DNA from: an uncultured Armatimonadetes bacterium
GTDB taxonomy: Bacteria; Armatimonadota; UBA5829; DTJY01
Length of the DNA stretch: 64,000 nucleotides
Reading direction: 5' to 3'
Assembly (NCBI GenBank): GCA_963717145.1
Contig: OY970325.1
Span: forward strand, 2,304,001 to 2,368,000
Made by a program: the position numbers and the translations under genes. This document shows, piece by piece, positions 41,349 to 53,500 of the stretch (positions within the stretch are counted from its first letter, which is position 1; every line of letters starts with the position of its first letter). The notes under the pieces are model-generated. The model was given only the letters and a program-made list of their open reading frames with translations, ran no database searches and was not told the DNA's origin.

Positions 41349-42303
41349 ATGACATCAGACACAGAATTCGAAGAACTGGTCGAGAGGCTGAAGAGCGAGG
41401 ATGTCGAGGTGAGCGCCCGGGCTGCTGGGTGCGCTCGGACAACTGGGCGATCCTCGTGCAGTGGAGCCACTCATAGAGGCTATGCAGCGGGAAGAAGGCT
41501 ACGATCGCGGATGGGCGATTACTGCGCTCGGATTGATTGGTGATCGACGTGCCACCAGCGTCCTGTTGAGGGAGCTGTACAGCGATGACACCGAGGTCAA
41601 TGACGCCGCGGCGGAGGCGCTCGGCTTGCTGAATGATCCGGACTCCTTCGAGCCGCTGATGCAGGCTATGACAAACGGTCCGGTGCATGCAAGGAGCAGT
41701 GCCGCGTATGTCCTGGGGGAACTGGGCGATCCCCGAGCCATCGATGCCCTGCGCTCGGGCTTGCGTGATGCGACAGGCTATGTCAGCATATGCGCGGCGA
41801 GAGCGCTCGCCAAGATCGGCGGGCATGCCACGATCGACGCACTGATCGATGCCCTGGAGCACGGCGTACCAAAGACCAAGGAGTCGGCGGCAAAGGGATT
41901 GGAGATCCTGAAGGCACAGAAGGCAGTGGACGCTCTTGTCATCGCGCTCCGGGACGAGCATCCCGACGTGCGGAAGGCTGCAGCATCGGCGCTAGCGGAG
42001 ATCGGCGACCTTACGGGCAACGCGGCACTCCTTGCTGCACTCGAACGCAGGGATGTTGCGGCAGTCCTCGGCGGATACGACTACTTCATCCGGCAGGGCA
42101 TTCCCGGCTCGGAGCCGCTCCTGATCGAGGCTCTCAATTGTGCCGGCCCGTGGGGCACTGGCTGGATGGCACAGTGCTTCATCTCCTCCGGCAATGAAGC
42201 CCTTGCCGAGGCTGGACGCCAGTACTTCCGAGAGAACAGCATCAGTAACGTGAAGAGCAACCGCGAGATACCGATTTGGGCAAGCGCACGCGGGCCAGCG
42301 TAG
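41349..42303 (+). CDS. HEAT/PBS-lyase repeat protein, apparent frameshift near 41430-41460
   Basis: Repeated AA-x-ALG-x-IGD-x-RA-x3-L-x2-AL-x-D units. Confidence 0.8.
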
Positions 42304-42441
42304 TCCAAGTGGCTGCGATCAACGCTTCCACGCCCAACACTCCACCACTCCCTCACTCCCCGATGTTTGCACCGGTGAGGGATCAGGATATGAATCTACG
42401 ATACGATGATTCCCCTGATTTCTCCGCCAAGGAGGCGCATT

Positions 42442-43960
42442 ATGTCCAAGAAGAAACTCACCACCAATGCCGGCGCACCGGTCGCCGACAACCAGAACAC
42501 CATGACCGCCGGGCCGCGAGGGCCGGTGCTGCTGCAGGATGTCTGGTTTCTCGAGAAACTCGCCCACTTCGACCGCGAAGTGATCCCCGAGCGACGCATG
42601 CACGCCAAGGGTTCCGGCGCGTACGGAACCTTCACCGTTACCCACGATATCACCCGCTACACCAAGGCCAAGATATTCTCCGAGGTCGGGAAGAAGACCG
42701 AGATGTTCACCCGCTTCTCGACCGTCGCCGGCGAGCGCGGCGCGGCCGACGCCGAGCGCGACATTCGGGGCTTCGCGATGAAGTTCTACACGGAGGAAGG
42801 CAACTGGGACCTGGTCGGCAACAACACGCCGGTGTTCTTCCTGCGCGACCCACTCAAGTTCCCGGACCTCAACCACGCCGTCAAGCGCGATCCGCGAACC
42901 AACATGCGCAGCGCGGGCAACAACTGGGACTTCTGGACGTCGCTGCCCGAGGCGCTGCACCAGGTCACCATCGTCATGAGCGACCGGGGCATACCGTACT
43001 CCTATCGCCACATGCACGGGTTCGGCAGCCACACCTTCAGCTTCATCAACGCCGCGAACGAGCGGTACTGGGTGAAGTTCCATTTGAGCACCCAGCAGGG
43101 GATTCGCAACCTGAGCGACCAGGAGGCCGAGGCGATCGTCGGCAAGGATCGGGAGAGCCATCAGCGCGACCTGCTGGAGAGCATCGACAAAGGGGACTTC
43201 CCACGCTGGACCATGTTCATCCAGATCATGCCGGAGCAGGATGCCGCCGACTACCATTTCCACCCGTTCGATCTCACCAAGGTCTGGCTGCACAAGGACT
43301 ACCCGCTGATCGAGGTGGGCGTGATGGAGCTGAACCGCAACCCGGAGAACTACTTCGCCGAGGTCGAGCAGTCGGCGTTCAACCCCGCCAATATCGTGCC
43401 GGGGATCGGCTTCTCGCCGGACAGGATGCTCCAGGGAAGGCTGTTCTCCTACGGCGACGCACAGCGCTACCGCCTGGGGGTGAATCATCACCTGATCCCC
43501 GTGAACGCGTCGCGCTGTCCGTTCCACAGCTACCATCGTGACGGCGCCATGCGGGTGGACGGCAACCACGGCGCAACCCTGGGCTACGAGCCGAACAGCT
43601 ACGGCGAGTGGCAGCAGCAGCCGGAGTTCGCCGAGCCGCCGCTCAAGCTGGAGGGAGACGGCCGATCACTGGAATTACCGCGAGGATGACGATGACTACT
43701 ACACCCAGCCGGGTCTGCTCTTCCGCCTGATGGGCGCCGAGAAGCAGGCGCTGCTCTTCGGCAACACCGCCCGGGCATTGGGCGACGCGACGGACGAGGT
43801 CAAGATCCGCCACATCGGCAACTGCCTCAAAGCCGATCCGGCCTACGGCAAGGGTGTGGCCGATGCCCTCGGCATCTCACTCGGCCCGCTCGCGGACGAG
43901 GCCAAGCGCCTCGACGCGATGTCCGAGGAGGAAGAGGACATCGAGTCGCCCACCCGGTGA
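42442..43960 (+). CDS. katA: Monofunctional haem catalase, apparent frameshift near 43657
   Basis: [17 protein letters not shown] and [15 protein letters not shown]-terminus continues in ORF 43538-43960. Confidence 0.95.
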
Positions 43961-43972
43961 GAAGCTATAATA

Positions 43973-44018
43973 TGGAGTGCGGAAGCGGAAGTTGTGCAGA
44001 CTCCGCTTCCGCACTCCA
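43973..44018. repeat. REP-like palindrome (TGGAGTGCG family) downstream of catalase
   Basis: TGGAGTGCGGAAGCGGA...TCCGCTTCCGCACTCCA. Confidence 0.75.
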
Positions 44019-44325
44019 CATGCAATGCCGTTCGGGAGGGAGCTGGACTCCCTTCCGCCGTACGCCCCGGGGCTTGTACTCCCGATCCCCACAGGCAGGA
44101 AACCGCCCCTATGCCAACCAACTCGACACGCGGTTCGCCATCCGCCCCACTCTGCACACCCCGCCGCTGCCCGCCCCGAATCCTCTCACCGCCTAATGGC
44201 CAGCCCATCAAGTGGGACGGAGAGTCCGAGTCGATGGGGATTCGGTAGTGACTTCCCGCGGACAATGATATAGAATGGGGAGAGAAACGGTGTCCGTCTT
44301 CCGTCCACTGCAAGGAAGGGAACCT

Positions 44326-45933
44326 ATGGCTTGCCAGAGAAGTAAAGAACAGATCTCGGAGATCATGCGCCAAGTCAAGTCCCGCGACACGTCACCCGAG
44401 GTCACGTTCCGCAAGGCTCTATGGGCCCGTGGAGTCAGGTATCGCCTGCACGATTCCGGATTGCCCGGCAAGCCGGACATAGTGATCCCGCGTGGACGGC
44501 TCGTAGTGTTCATCGACGGCGACTACTGGCACGGCAACCAATGGCAAACGCGCGGGCACACCTGTCTGGAAGATCAGTTCGTCCGCAGTCCGCGAGCCGT
44601 ATACTGGGTGAACAAGATATCCGGGAACATGCGAAGGGATCGAGAGAACACGGCCCGTCTGCTATCAGAGGGATGGCGCGCTCTACGTTTCTGGGAGACC
44701 GACATCGTGACAAGTCTGGACCGATGCGTTGAGATGACAATCAGCACCGTCTATGAGGATGCTCGATTCTCGCTTGCAAGCAAGCTGGCAGAGCGGAGTG
44801 TGGCTGAGTTCTTCGCCGGCATCGGGCTTATGAGGCGTGCGCTGGAGGGCAGGGGATGGAGGGTGACGTTCGCCAACGACATGGACCCACAGAAGTACGA
44901 AATGTATGGTGACAACTTCCCCGATGCTCAGGAGCACTTCAGTCTCGATGATGTCCACCAACTACCGGCTGACGAGGTGCCGGATGTGAGTCTCGCCACG
45001 GCATCGTTTCCCTGCAACGACTTGTCCTTGGCGGGCGGCATGAAGGGCTTGGCCGGCGAGCACTCCGGTGCTTTCTGGGGCTTCATACGGGTGCTCACGG
45101 ATATGGGCGATCGGCGGCCACCTCTGGTTCTGCTGGAGAATGTTGCGGGATGGCTGAGCTCCCACAAAGGCAAAGACTTCGCCGACTCCCTCCAGGCGTT
45201 GAACGATCTGGGCTATCTGTGCGACGCATTCATGCTCAATGCGTCGGACTTCGTTCCCCAGAGCCGCCCCAGAATGTTCGTCGTCGGTACGCATGAGTCC
45301 CTGCGCCATGCTCGAGTAAACGAGCTCTACCGCTGCTACGAGTCGAAGCTCAGGCCAAAGGCTCTATCCGACTTCATCGAATGTCACCCGGAGATCCGAT
45401 GGACGATCAGGAATCTCCCCACACCTCAGTCTCGCCACCCGCGTCTCGATGAGATCATCGAGGACCTACCGACCAGCAGCCCCGAATGGTGGAGTCGTAC
45501 TCGGGCTGAGTACTTTCTGAACCAGATGAGCGACAGGCACTCCATCATTGCCAAGAAGATGATTGATGGCAGCGAGTACACGTACGGCACGGCCTTTCGT
45601 CGGGTACGGAAGGGTAAGTCCATGGCCGAGCTGAGGATAGACGGAACTGCTGGATGCTTGCGCACTCCGCGGGGCGGCCACGGGCGACAGATTCTCTTCA
45701 AGGCCGGCAAAGGCGAGTACCATGTGCGGCTTCTGACACCAAGAGAGTGTGCGCGTCTGCAGGGGGTGGACGAGGGTTATGTCATTGATGTTCCGAGTAA
45801 TCAGGCTCTCTTTGGTTTCGGTGACGCTGTGTGTGTCCCCGTGGTCGAATGGATCGCCGATCACTACTTGAATCCTCTGGTGACTGCTGCAACGCATGGC
45901 GTTACCCTCTATCCTCAGGCAATGGAGATGTGA
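44326..45933 (+). CDS. Vsr endonuclease fused to DNA (cytosine-5)-methyltransferase
   Basis: N-terminal DTSPE, LPGKPDIV, FIDGDYWHG, GWRALRFWE; then FFAGIG, FPCND, ENV, QSRPR in one frame. Confidence 0.88.
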   Translation: MACQRSKEQISEIMRQVKSRDTSPEVTFRKALWARGVRYRLHDSGLPGKPDIVIPRGRLVVFIDGDYWHGNQWQTRGHTCLEDQFVRSPRAVYWVNKISGNMRRDRENTARLLSEGWRALRFWETDIVTSLDRCVEMTISTVYEDARFSLASKLAERSVAEFFAGIGLMRRALEGRGWRVTFANDMDPQKYEMYGDNFPDAQEHFSLDDVHQLPADEVPDVSLATASFPCNDLSLAGGMKGLAGEHSGAFWGFIRVLTDMGDRRPPLVLLENVAGWLSSHKGKDFADSLQALNDLGYLCDAFMLNASDFVPQSRPRMFVVGTHESLRHARVNELYRCYESKLRPKALSDFIECHPEIRWTIRNLPTPQSRHPRLDEIIEDLPTSSPEWWSRTRAEYFLNQMSDRHSIIAKKMIDGSEYTYGTAFRRVRKGKSMAELRIDGTAGCLRTPRGGHGRQILFKAGKGEYHVRLLTPRECARLQGVDEGYVIDVPSNQALFGFGDAVCVPVVEWIADHYLNPLVTAATHGVTLYPQAMEM

Positions 45934-46878
45934 ATGGCTGATCAACAGGAAGTGGTCGCGCAAGCTGCAATGGCCGTTGTGCAGGAATGGTTTGAATCCT
46001 GCAGGCGCGGCAAAGAACCCTCACGCAATACGATTGCCGTTGGTATGACTGTCCTGGACTGGCTGCGCGAGACATGCCCGCTTCCGAAGGCGGAAACCCT
46101 CGCCGAAGGTGGGGAGTTCAGACGAGTACGCTCTGGTCTGTCAAGATTGTTTGCCAAGTACGGTATTCCCGCCAACTTCCTCAAGGAGGCAACCGGGCGT
46201 CAGGCGAGTCCTGATGCTCAGCGACTGCTGGACATGCTGGAGGAAGGTAGAATCTTTGCCCCACTGTCTCACAAGCAACGAGACGCGCTGCTGCTCAGTC
46301 TGTTGGCCGTTCTCATAGACGAGGCAAACAAATGGCTTGGACGTCAGAACCTCAAGGTATCATGCAGCAGGGAGTCTTCTCCTGGGGCATGGGTCGGCGA
46401 GATTCTCAGCGAGGCAAAGGGCAAGTCTGGGGGCAGGGTCGAGCAGCATCTCGTGGGTGCAAAGCTAGCTAAGGCCTACCCGGACGCCGATATTCCGGCG
46501 CTTCCTGGAGCCGCCGCAGATGTGCAGACTGGACGCGCGGGCGACTTCCAGGTGGAAACCACGGTATATCACGTGACCGCCGCGCCGGGTGACGCCGTAG
46601 TGCAGAAGTGCGAAGCCAATCTGCGGGCAGGTCTGCATCCCGTGCTTCTGGTGCCGGCGAAGCAGAAGCTGGTTGCAGACGGTATCGTCGACCGCCTGGA
46701 GTTAAGCAGCAGGATCTGGGTCATATCGATCGAGGATTTCCTCTCCGTGAACATCCTGGAGATGTCGCATGGCAGGCGTCAGGAGTTCATAACGACTCTG
46801 CGCAGCATTGTGGAGGAGTACAACCTCAGGATAGACGCCGCCGAGACCGACAAGTCGCTCAAGATCGAGATAGAGTGA
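45934..46878 (+). CDS. DUF4928-like protein, putative restriction-type nuclease partner
   Basis: EQHLVGAKL, AD-x-QTGRAGDF, YHVT-x-AP, KC-x2-NL; starts immediately after the MTase stop. Confidence 0.65.
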   Translation: MADQQEVVAQAAMAVVQEWFESCRRGKEPSRNTIAVGMTVLDWLRETCPLPKAETLAEGGEFRRVRSGLSRLFAKYGIPANFLKEATGRQASPDAQRLLDMLEEGRIFAPLSHKQRDALLLSLLAVLIDEANKWLGRQNLKVSCSRESSPGAWVGEILSEAKGKSGGRVEQHLVGAKLAKAYPDADIPALPGAAADVQTGRAGDFQVETTVYHVTAAPGDAVVQKCEANLRAGLHPVLLVPAKQKLVADGIVDRLELSSRIWVISIEDFLSVNILEMSHGRRQEFITTLRSIVEEYNLRIDAAETDKSLKIEIE

Positions 46879-47044
46879 AGGAACGGGTAAGGTATACCGA
46901 ACAGACACTGTCTTCGCAGTACTATCGGATCGTGTACCTGGGTTTGATCACGCCTGCACGTCGGTCGAAGAGTCAGATCCGCCTCAGCAACTGCCTGAAC
47001 TTCGCCACACCGGTGAGCAGAGATGGCATCGCTGACCCCATGCC

Positions 47045-48163
47045 CTAGAGCGTCCCATCCAGCAGCCGTTTCTTCGCGTCCATGTAGTAGCAGAAGTTGT
47101 CCCAGGAGATGTCCGGCGGGACGGTGTGGTCGACCGTCGGGATGTAGCCGCCTTCCTCGATGAGCGGCAGAAGCTCGCGGAGGTGCGCGTCGATCGCCGC
47201 CGGTCCCTTCGCAATCTCGCGCTTATCGACCCCGCCCCAGAGCCGCAGGTCGCGCCCGTACTCCTTCCGCACGCGGATGGGGTCCATGCCCGACGCCCGC
47301 TCCAGCGGCCAGTGGACGTCGATCCCCGCGTCCATCATCGACGGGATCAGCGCGTCCGTCGTGCCGTCGCTGTCGAGGCAGACGTACCGCACGCCGTGCG
47401 ACTTGAGGAACTCGACCAGGCGCTTGAGCGGCTTTGCAATGAACTCCTTGAACGTCCCCGGCCCGATGAGCGGAGTGCCCTTCCCGGCGAAATCCTCGTT
47501 GAGGTTGAAGTAGTCTATGTCCGTCTCCGCCAGTATCGGCCGGGCGACCTCGATGGTGAAGTCGGCGTAGAACTCCATCATCTCGTGGCAGAGGATCGGG
47601 TCATCATACCACATGTAGGAGAGGTTCTCAGTGCCCACCCACTCGCGCGCCCTCCAATAGAACCCGGCGGCATTGCAGTTCCGGGCGAGGATGAGAACGT
47701 GCTCGCGGTTCTTCCATCGTTGAACATCAGCCTTCCAGTCCTGCGGATACCTGGCGTCCAGATGCGCCTCGAAGCGCTTCTGCATCTCGCGGAAGTCGGC
47801 GAGGTTCTTCACGGGGAAATCGAGGTACGTATCCATGCACATCCGGCCACCGCCGATACTGCCCTCGATGAGCCCCAGGCGCGTTCGACCCCTCTCGTCC
47901 ACGATCGTCTCGTACCGGTCGGTCCGCTCGATGAGCTTCGACTCATAGCAGGGGATCATGTCGAAGTTGACCGGGATGAACTCACGCCTGTCAAGGTTGA
48001 ACGGCCCCGGTCCCTGCCACCAGTCGAAGCGCCCGCCCTCGTGAGGCGCGCCCTCGGCGTCCCACCGCGCGATCGTCTGAGGCCAGATGCCGAGTTCATG
48101 GTTCGGCACCTTGTCCTTCGGCTGATACTCCATCACCGCCAAAAACCGTTCCCGCTCGTTCAT
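47045..48163 (-). CDS. Uroporphyrinogen decarboxylase (URO-D)-fold family protein
   Basis: M-x-ERERF, EDFAGK, DSDG, GGVDK, GGYIPTVDHTVPPD. Confidence 0.8.
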   Translation of the reverse strand: MNERERFLAVMEYQPKDKVPNHELGIWPQTIARWDAEGAPHEGGRFDWWQGPGPFNLDRREFIPVNFDMIPCYESKLIERTDRYETIVDERGRTRLGLIEGSIGGGRMCMDTYLDFPVKNLADFREMQKRFEAHLDARYPQDWKADVQRWKNREHVLILARNCNAAGFYWRAREWVGTENLSYMWYDDPILCHEMMEFYADFTIEVARPILAETDIDYFNLNEDFAGKGTPLIGPGTFKEFIAKPLKRLVEFLKSHGVRYVCLDSDGTTDALIPSMMDAGIDVHWPLERASGMDPIRVRKEYGRDLRLWGGVDKREIAKGPAAIDAHLRELLPLIEEGGYIPTVDHTVPPDISWDNFCYYMDAKKRLLDGTL

Positions 48164-48209
48164 TGTGTCCCCCTCGCACTTGCGTTGAACTGCCGAAATG
48201 CAACCCAAC

Positions 48210-48294
48210 GGGTGTCATTCTGAGCGCAGTGAAGAATCTGGCTACCAGGGATGCTCAAAGCGCCAGATTCTTCACTGCGCTCAGAATGACACCC
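48210..48294. repeat. REP-like palindrome (TGTCATTCTGAGCG family), copy 2
   Basis: Perfect arms, matches 14453-14528. Confidence 0.88.
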
Positions 48295-48389
48295 ACCTAC
48301 TCCCACACTCCCATACTCCCACACTCCCTGTTTGACCTCCTCAGAGGTCTTACCGATTTCTCGTCGAACAAGGACAGTGGAGGAAGCCC

Positions 48390-49268
48390 ATGTTCATAGA
48401 CATCCACACCCACGTTACCCTGCGGAAGACCGTGACCCGGCCCGACGGGAGCATCCATACCACCGCCGAGGAACTCATTGCCATGCTCGACGAGGCCGGG
48501 ATCGACAAAGCCGTCCTTCTCCCGCTCATCAGCCCCGAGCACATGGTCCATCAGATGACGACCGACGACATCCTCGATGTCACGACGAAGTATCCCGACC
48601 GGTTCATCCCTTTCTGCAACATCGACCCCCGGGCGCTGACGAACTCGCCCGCCGCCAACTTCACGCCGCTCCTGGAATACTACAAGTCTCAGGGCTGCAA
48701 GGGGATTGGGGAGATCACCGCCAACCTGCCGTGGGACGATCCACGGGTGGAGAACCTGTTCAAGCACGTCGAGAAGGCGGGCCTGCCGCTCATCTTCCAC
48801 ATCGCGCCTCGGTCCGGCGGGTGTTACGGACTCATCGACGACCTGCACCTCCCAAAGCTTGAGGGCGCGCTCCGGAAGTTCCCGAAGCTGAACTTCATCG
48901 GCCACTCGCAGCCCTGGTGGTCGGAGATCAGCGCGGACGTGACCGATGAGACGCGCAATGGATACCCCAAGGGGCCGGTGACGCCGGGCCGCGTGCCGGA
49001 GCTTCTGCGCAGATACCCGAACATGTACGGCGACATGTCGGCGGGCAGCGGGTTCAACGCCGTCAGCCGCGACCCGGAGTTCGGCTATGCGTTCATGGAG
49101 GAGTTCCAGGACAAGCTGCTCTTCGGGACGGACATCTGCCGTCCGGGCCAGGAGCTTCCTCAGCCCGACTTCTTGCGGCGGATAGTCGCAGAGGGCAAGA
49201 TCTCCCGCGCCGCCTACGAGAAGATCACCTGGCAGAACGCCAATAAGCTGCTGGGCTTGGGATTGTAG
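48390..49268 (+). CDS. Amidohydrolase family protein (Amidohydro_2)
   Basis: IDIHTH, GIGE, IFH, IGH, LLFGTD, NANKLL. Confidence 0.85.
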   Translation: MFIDIHTHVTLRKTVTRPDGSIHTTAEELIAMLDEAGIDKAVLLPLISPEHMVHQMTTDDILDVTTKYPDRFIPFCNIDPRALTNSPAANFTPLLEYYKSQGCKGIGEITANLPWDDPRVENLFKHVEKAGLPLIFHIAPRSGGCYGLIDDLHLPKLEGALRKFPKLNFIGHSQPWWSEISADVTDETRNGYPKGPVTPGRVPELLRRYPNMYGDMSAGSGFNAVSRDPEFGYAFMEEFQDKLLFGTDICRPGQELPQPDFLRRIVAEGKISRAAYEKITWQNANKLLGLGL

Positions 49269-49282
49269 ACACGGAGGACGTT

Positions 49283-50352
49283 ATGACGCCCAAAGAACGC
49301 GTGAGGATGGCGGTCAACCATATCCAGCCCGACCGCTGCCCGATTCAGACCTACCTCGAGCCGGAGGTCCGCGCCGTCATCGAGGATTACTTCGGCGGAC
49401 GGCCGGCGGAGGACGTCTTCGAAGTCGATCTGCGCTACGTCGGGCCGGGCAGGTGGGCCAAGACGAAGCAGCCCGCGCCGGGAAGCGGCATCGAGCACTA
49501 TGACGAGTGGGGCACCGGGTTCGCCCGAGTGCGCAACAGTGCGGGCGGCGAGTACCTGGAGGCGGTCGAGAAGCCGATCGCCAACCTCTCGACCATGGAT
49601 GAGGTCGTGGCCTATCCCTGGCCGAGCCCGAATGACTTCGACTACTCGACCATCCCGGAGCAGATCGAGAAGGTGAAGGATTACGCCGTATGTGCCGCCG
49701 GGTGCTGGCTGCCCGACATCATCAACGGGACCTCCTTCATGCGCGGCATGGAGAAGGTCCTCATGGAGATCGCGCTCGAGGACGAGGTCGGCGTGGCGAT
49801 CATCGACCGCCGGGTGGACTATGCCTATGAGTTCTGCAGGCGCGTTCTGGAAGCGGCTGGCGGCAAGGCGGATATCCTCTGCCTCGGCGAGGATCTCGGC
49901 ACTCAGAAAGGCCCGGTGATCAGCCCCGCGTGCTTCGACTCCTTCTTCCGACCCCGCATCCAGCGGTTCATCGATCTGGCCCACGACCACGGCGCGTTCT
50001 GCATGCTCCACTCCTGCGGCTCGACCCGAATCCTCCAGCCCAAGCTGATCGAGATGGGCCTCGACATCCTCGACGCCGTTCAGCCCGAGCCGGTGGGGAT
50101 GGACCCGGAAGGGCTCAAGCGCGACTTCGGCGACAAGCTGACCTACTGCGGCATGATAAGCACCCAGGGACTCTCCCGAACGGCACGGTCGATGAGTGTC
50201 GGGCCGAGGCGCGCCATCGCCTCGATGTCGTCGGCAAGGGCGGCGGGTACATCTTCTCGCCGGCCCACTGCATCCAGCCCGACACGCCGCTGGAGAACAT
50301 CCTGGCGATATACGAAGAAGCAACCGGGAAGAGGCTGATACGTGATGAGTGA
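49283..50352 (+). CDS. URO-D-fold family protein, apparent frameshift near 50172
   Basis: MTPKERV...PDRCP, RGME, LHSCG; GGGYIFSPAHCIQPDTPLEN in the second frame. Confidence 0.8.
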
Positions 50353-50400
50353 TGAGATGAAGCGAGACGGACGCGGGTCTGCAGAGGGATTGCCGAAACC

Positions 50401-50429
50401 TTGACATTTCTTGGCAAATCGGTTATAAT
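50401..50429 (+). promoter_or_regulatory. Perfect-consensus sigma70 promoter
   Basis: TTGACA-17 bp-TATAAT. Confidence 0.85.
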
Positions 50430-50551
50430 TCGGTCACAAGCTCATTGTAACACCAACCTGTCACCGCAGTAGTTGGGCGATGCAACGGGCTTTTTGTCTG
50501 TGATGACCACATGCGGGAATGGATGCCCACGTTTGATATGCCTACTGAGAG

Positions 50552-53500
50552 GTGATTACTGCTATGATTCACCGAATGGGACTACTCCTCACATCCATCA
50601 CTGTCTGTATCTTGCTCCTGTCGGCGATTCCGTGCCATGCCGGATTCCTCGACATCAGCGCCGGTCTGCCCGGTGCGCGGCATAGCAGCGTCGCGTGGGG
50701 CGACTACGACAACGACGGCGACCTGGACCTCGCACTCGCGGGAGATACCGGCGCAGGGTACATCTGCAGCATCTACGCCAGGAGCGGCGGCGCCTTCTCG
50801 TTGGCCATTTCGCTGACGGGGGTTACGGACAGCAGCCTTGCCTGGGGCGACTATGACAACGACGGGTACCTCGATCTCGCCGTCGCAGGGAACACCGGGA
50901 GCGGCTGTGTCTGCAAGGTCTACCGCAATATTCTCTCCGGATCGAGCAGGACGTTGTCCGAGGCGGCATCCCTGGCAGGAGTCTGCGACGGCAGCCTGGC
51001 CTGGGGCGACTACGACAACGACGGTGACCTCGACCTTTCCGTGGCAGGGAGCGGGACCGCCGCCGTGTACGAGTACGATAGCGGCGCCTTCACCAACATC
51101 AACGCCGACCTGCCCGGAGTCAGCCTTTGCAGCCTCGCGTGGGGCGACTACGACAACGACGGTGACCTCGATCTTGCCCTGGCAGGCAGCACCGGCACCG
51201 AGCGCATCAGCAGGATCTACCGGAACACCAACGGCACGTTCGCCGATATCAGCGCCGGCCTGACCGGGGTGGCCAACTGCAGCCTTGCGTGGGGCGACTA
51301 CGACAACGACGGATTCCTCGATCTCGCATTGGTGGGAGAGACCGTCGCCGGCAGCGCGGGCGTCTGCACAGTATACCGCAATGTCGCTGGCGGTTCAGAC
51401 AGGACGTTCTCTCCGATGGCCTCTCTGACCGCAGTGTACTACGCCAGCCTTGCCTGGGGCGACTACGACAACGACGGAGATCTCGATCTCGCCGTGTCAG
51501 GCCGCCGGGCCGGCACCGTCTCCCAGCTCACCTGCGTCTACCAGAACAGCGGCGGCTCGTTCAGCGCAGCCCACACCGTGACCGGGGTATGCTGGTGCAG
51601 CATCGCCTGGGGCGACTACGACAACGACGGAGATCTGGACCTGGCCACGGCAGGCTGGGGTTACGAAGGCTCATCTTGGCAGTATATGAGCCGCATCTAT
51701 CGCAACGACTCGGCCGTGCTCAACACCGTACCCTCAGCGCCGGCAGGCTTGTCGGCGACCGTCAACGCAGACGAACTGACCATGAGCTGGAGCGCGGCGA
51801 CCGACACCCAGACCCCTGCAGACGGCCTCTCCTACAACATCAGGGTCGGCACTACCCCGCTGGGCGGCAACATCTTCTCCGGCATGGCTTCGTCCCTTGG
51901 TCTGAGGAGGCTGCCGGCAACCGGCAATGCGCAGAAGAAGCTGACGTGGACAGTCAAGGGCCTGTCTGCCCCGCAAGTATACTGCAGCGTGCAGGCCGTT
52001 GACACCGCCTTCGCCGGATCTCCGTGGAGTAGCAGCGCCACGGCATATCAGTTGCCATGTTCGATCGCCGCCTGGGGAAGCAACACCTCCGGCCAGTGCA
52101 GCGTGCCGTCTCCGAACTCCAGGTTCGTGGCCGTTGCCGGGGGACACTCTCACAGCCTGGGACTCAAGTCAGACGGCTCGATCGCAGTCTGGGGAGGCGC
52201 CACCAACGTGCCATCTCCCAATTCCGGGTTCGTGGCCGTTTCCGCAGGAGTAGATTACAGCCTGGGACTCAAGTCAGACGGCTCGATCGTCGCCTGGGGA
52301 GTGAACAACTACGGCCAGTGCAACGTGCCATCTCCCAACTCCGGGTTCGTGGCCGTTGCCGCAGGATGGGGTCACGGCCTGGGGCTCAGGTCGGATGGCT
52401 CGATCGCAACCTGGGGAGACAACGAGGAGGGCCAGTGCAGCGTGCCGTCTCCGAACACCGGGTTCGTGGCCGTTGCCGCAGGATGGTATCACAGCCTGGG
52501 GCTGAGGTCGGACGGCTCGATTGTCGCCTGGGGACAAAACCTCTCCGGCGAGTGCAACGTTCCGTCTCCTAACTCCGGTTTCGTGGCTGTTGCCGCGGGA
52601 GGGTGGCACAGCCTGGGACTGAGGTCAAACAGTTCGATCGCCGCCTGGGGAAACAACTACTACGGCCAGTGCAGCGTGCCGTCTCCGAACACCGGTTTTG
52701 TGGGCGTTGATGGGGAATATGGGCACAGCCTGGGGCTGAGGTCGGACGGCTCGATCGCTGCCTGGGGATGGAACAACGTTGGCCAGTGCAATGTACCGTC
52801 ACCGAACGCCGGGTTCACGGCCGTTGCCGCGGGAGGGCAGCACTGCCTTGCGTTGGTCGAGCCCGGCGCCCTTCGTGTCACCATCCAGCCGTCGGAAGCA
52901 GCCGCCGCTGGCGCTCAGTGGCGGCGCTTGGGTACTAGTACCTGGTACAGCAGTGGAGATATGGAGAGTAGTATCCCCACCGGCGACTATACGGTGGAGT
53001 TCAAAGACATCGCCGGATGGGACAAGCCGACGAACACTCCCGTGAGTATTACCTACGGACAGACGACGCAAGCCGCCGTAACGTACATCCCGCATCCTGG
53101 CGCCCTCCAGGTAACCATCCAGCCCTCTGGGGCTGTCACGGCGGGCGCGCAGTGGCGGCGTGTGGGAACAAGTACATGGCTCGACAGTGGGGCCACAGAG
53201 AGCAGCATCACCGTCGGCGACTATACGGTCGAGTTCAAAGACGTCGCCGGATGGGACAAGCCTGCGAACACCCCCGTCAGCATCGTCTCAGATCAGACGG
53301 CGGAAGCCGGAGGAACGTACGTCCAGCGTCCCGGCGCGCTCCGGGTCACCATTCAGCCATCGGAAGCAGTCACCGCCGGCGCACAGTGGCGGCGCGTGGG
53401 AACGAGTACATGGCTCAACAGCGGGGCCACAGAGAGCAGCATCCCCGTCGGCAGCTATACTGTCGAATTCAAGGACGTCGGGGGATGGATCGAGCCTGCG

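Noticed and set aside
44020-44250. Possible structured ncRNA or gene remnant before the Vsr-MTase island
   Set aside because: No recognisable tRNA, SRP, tmRNA or RNase P signature; needs a covariance-model search.
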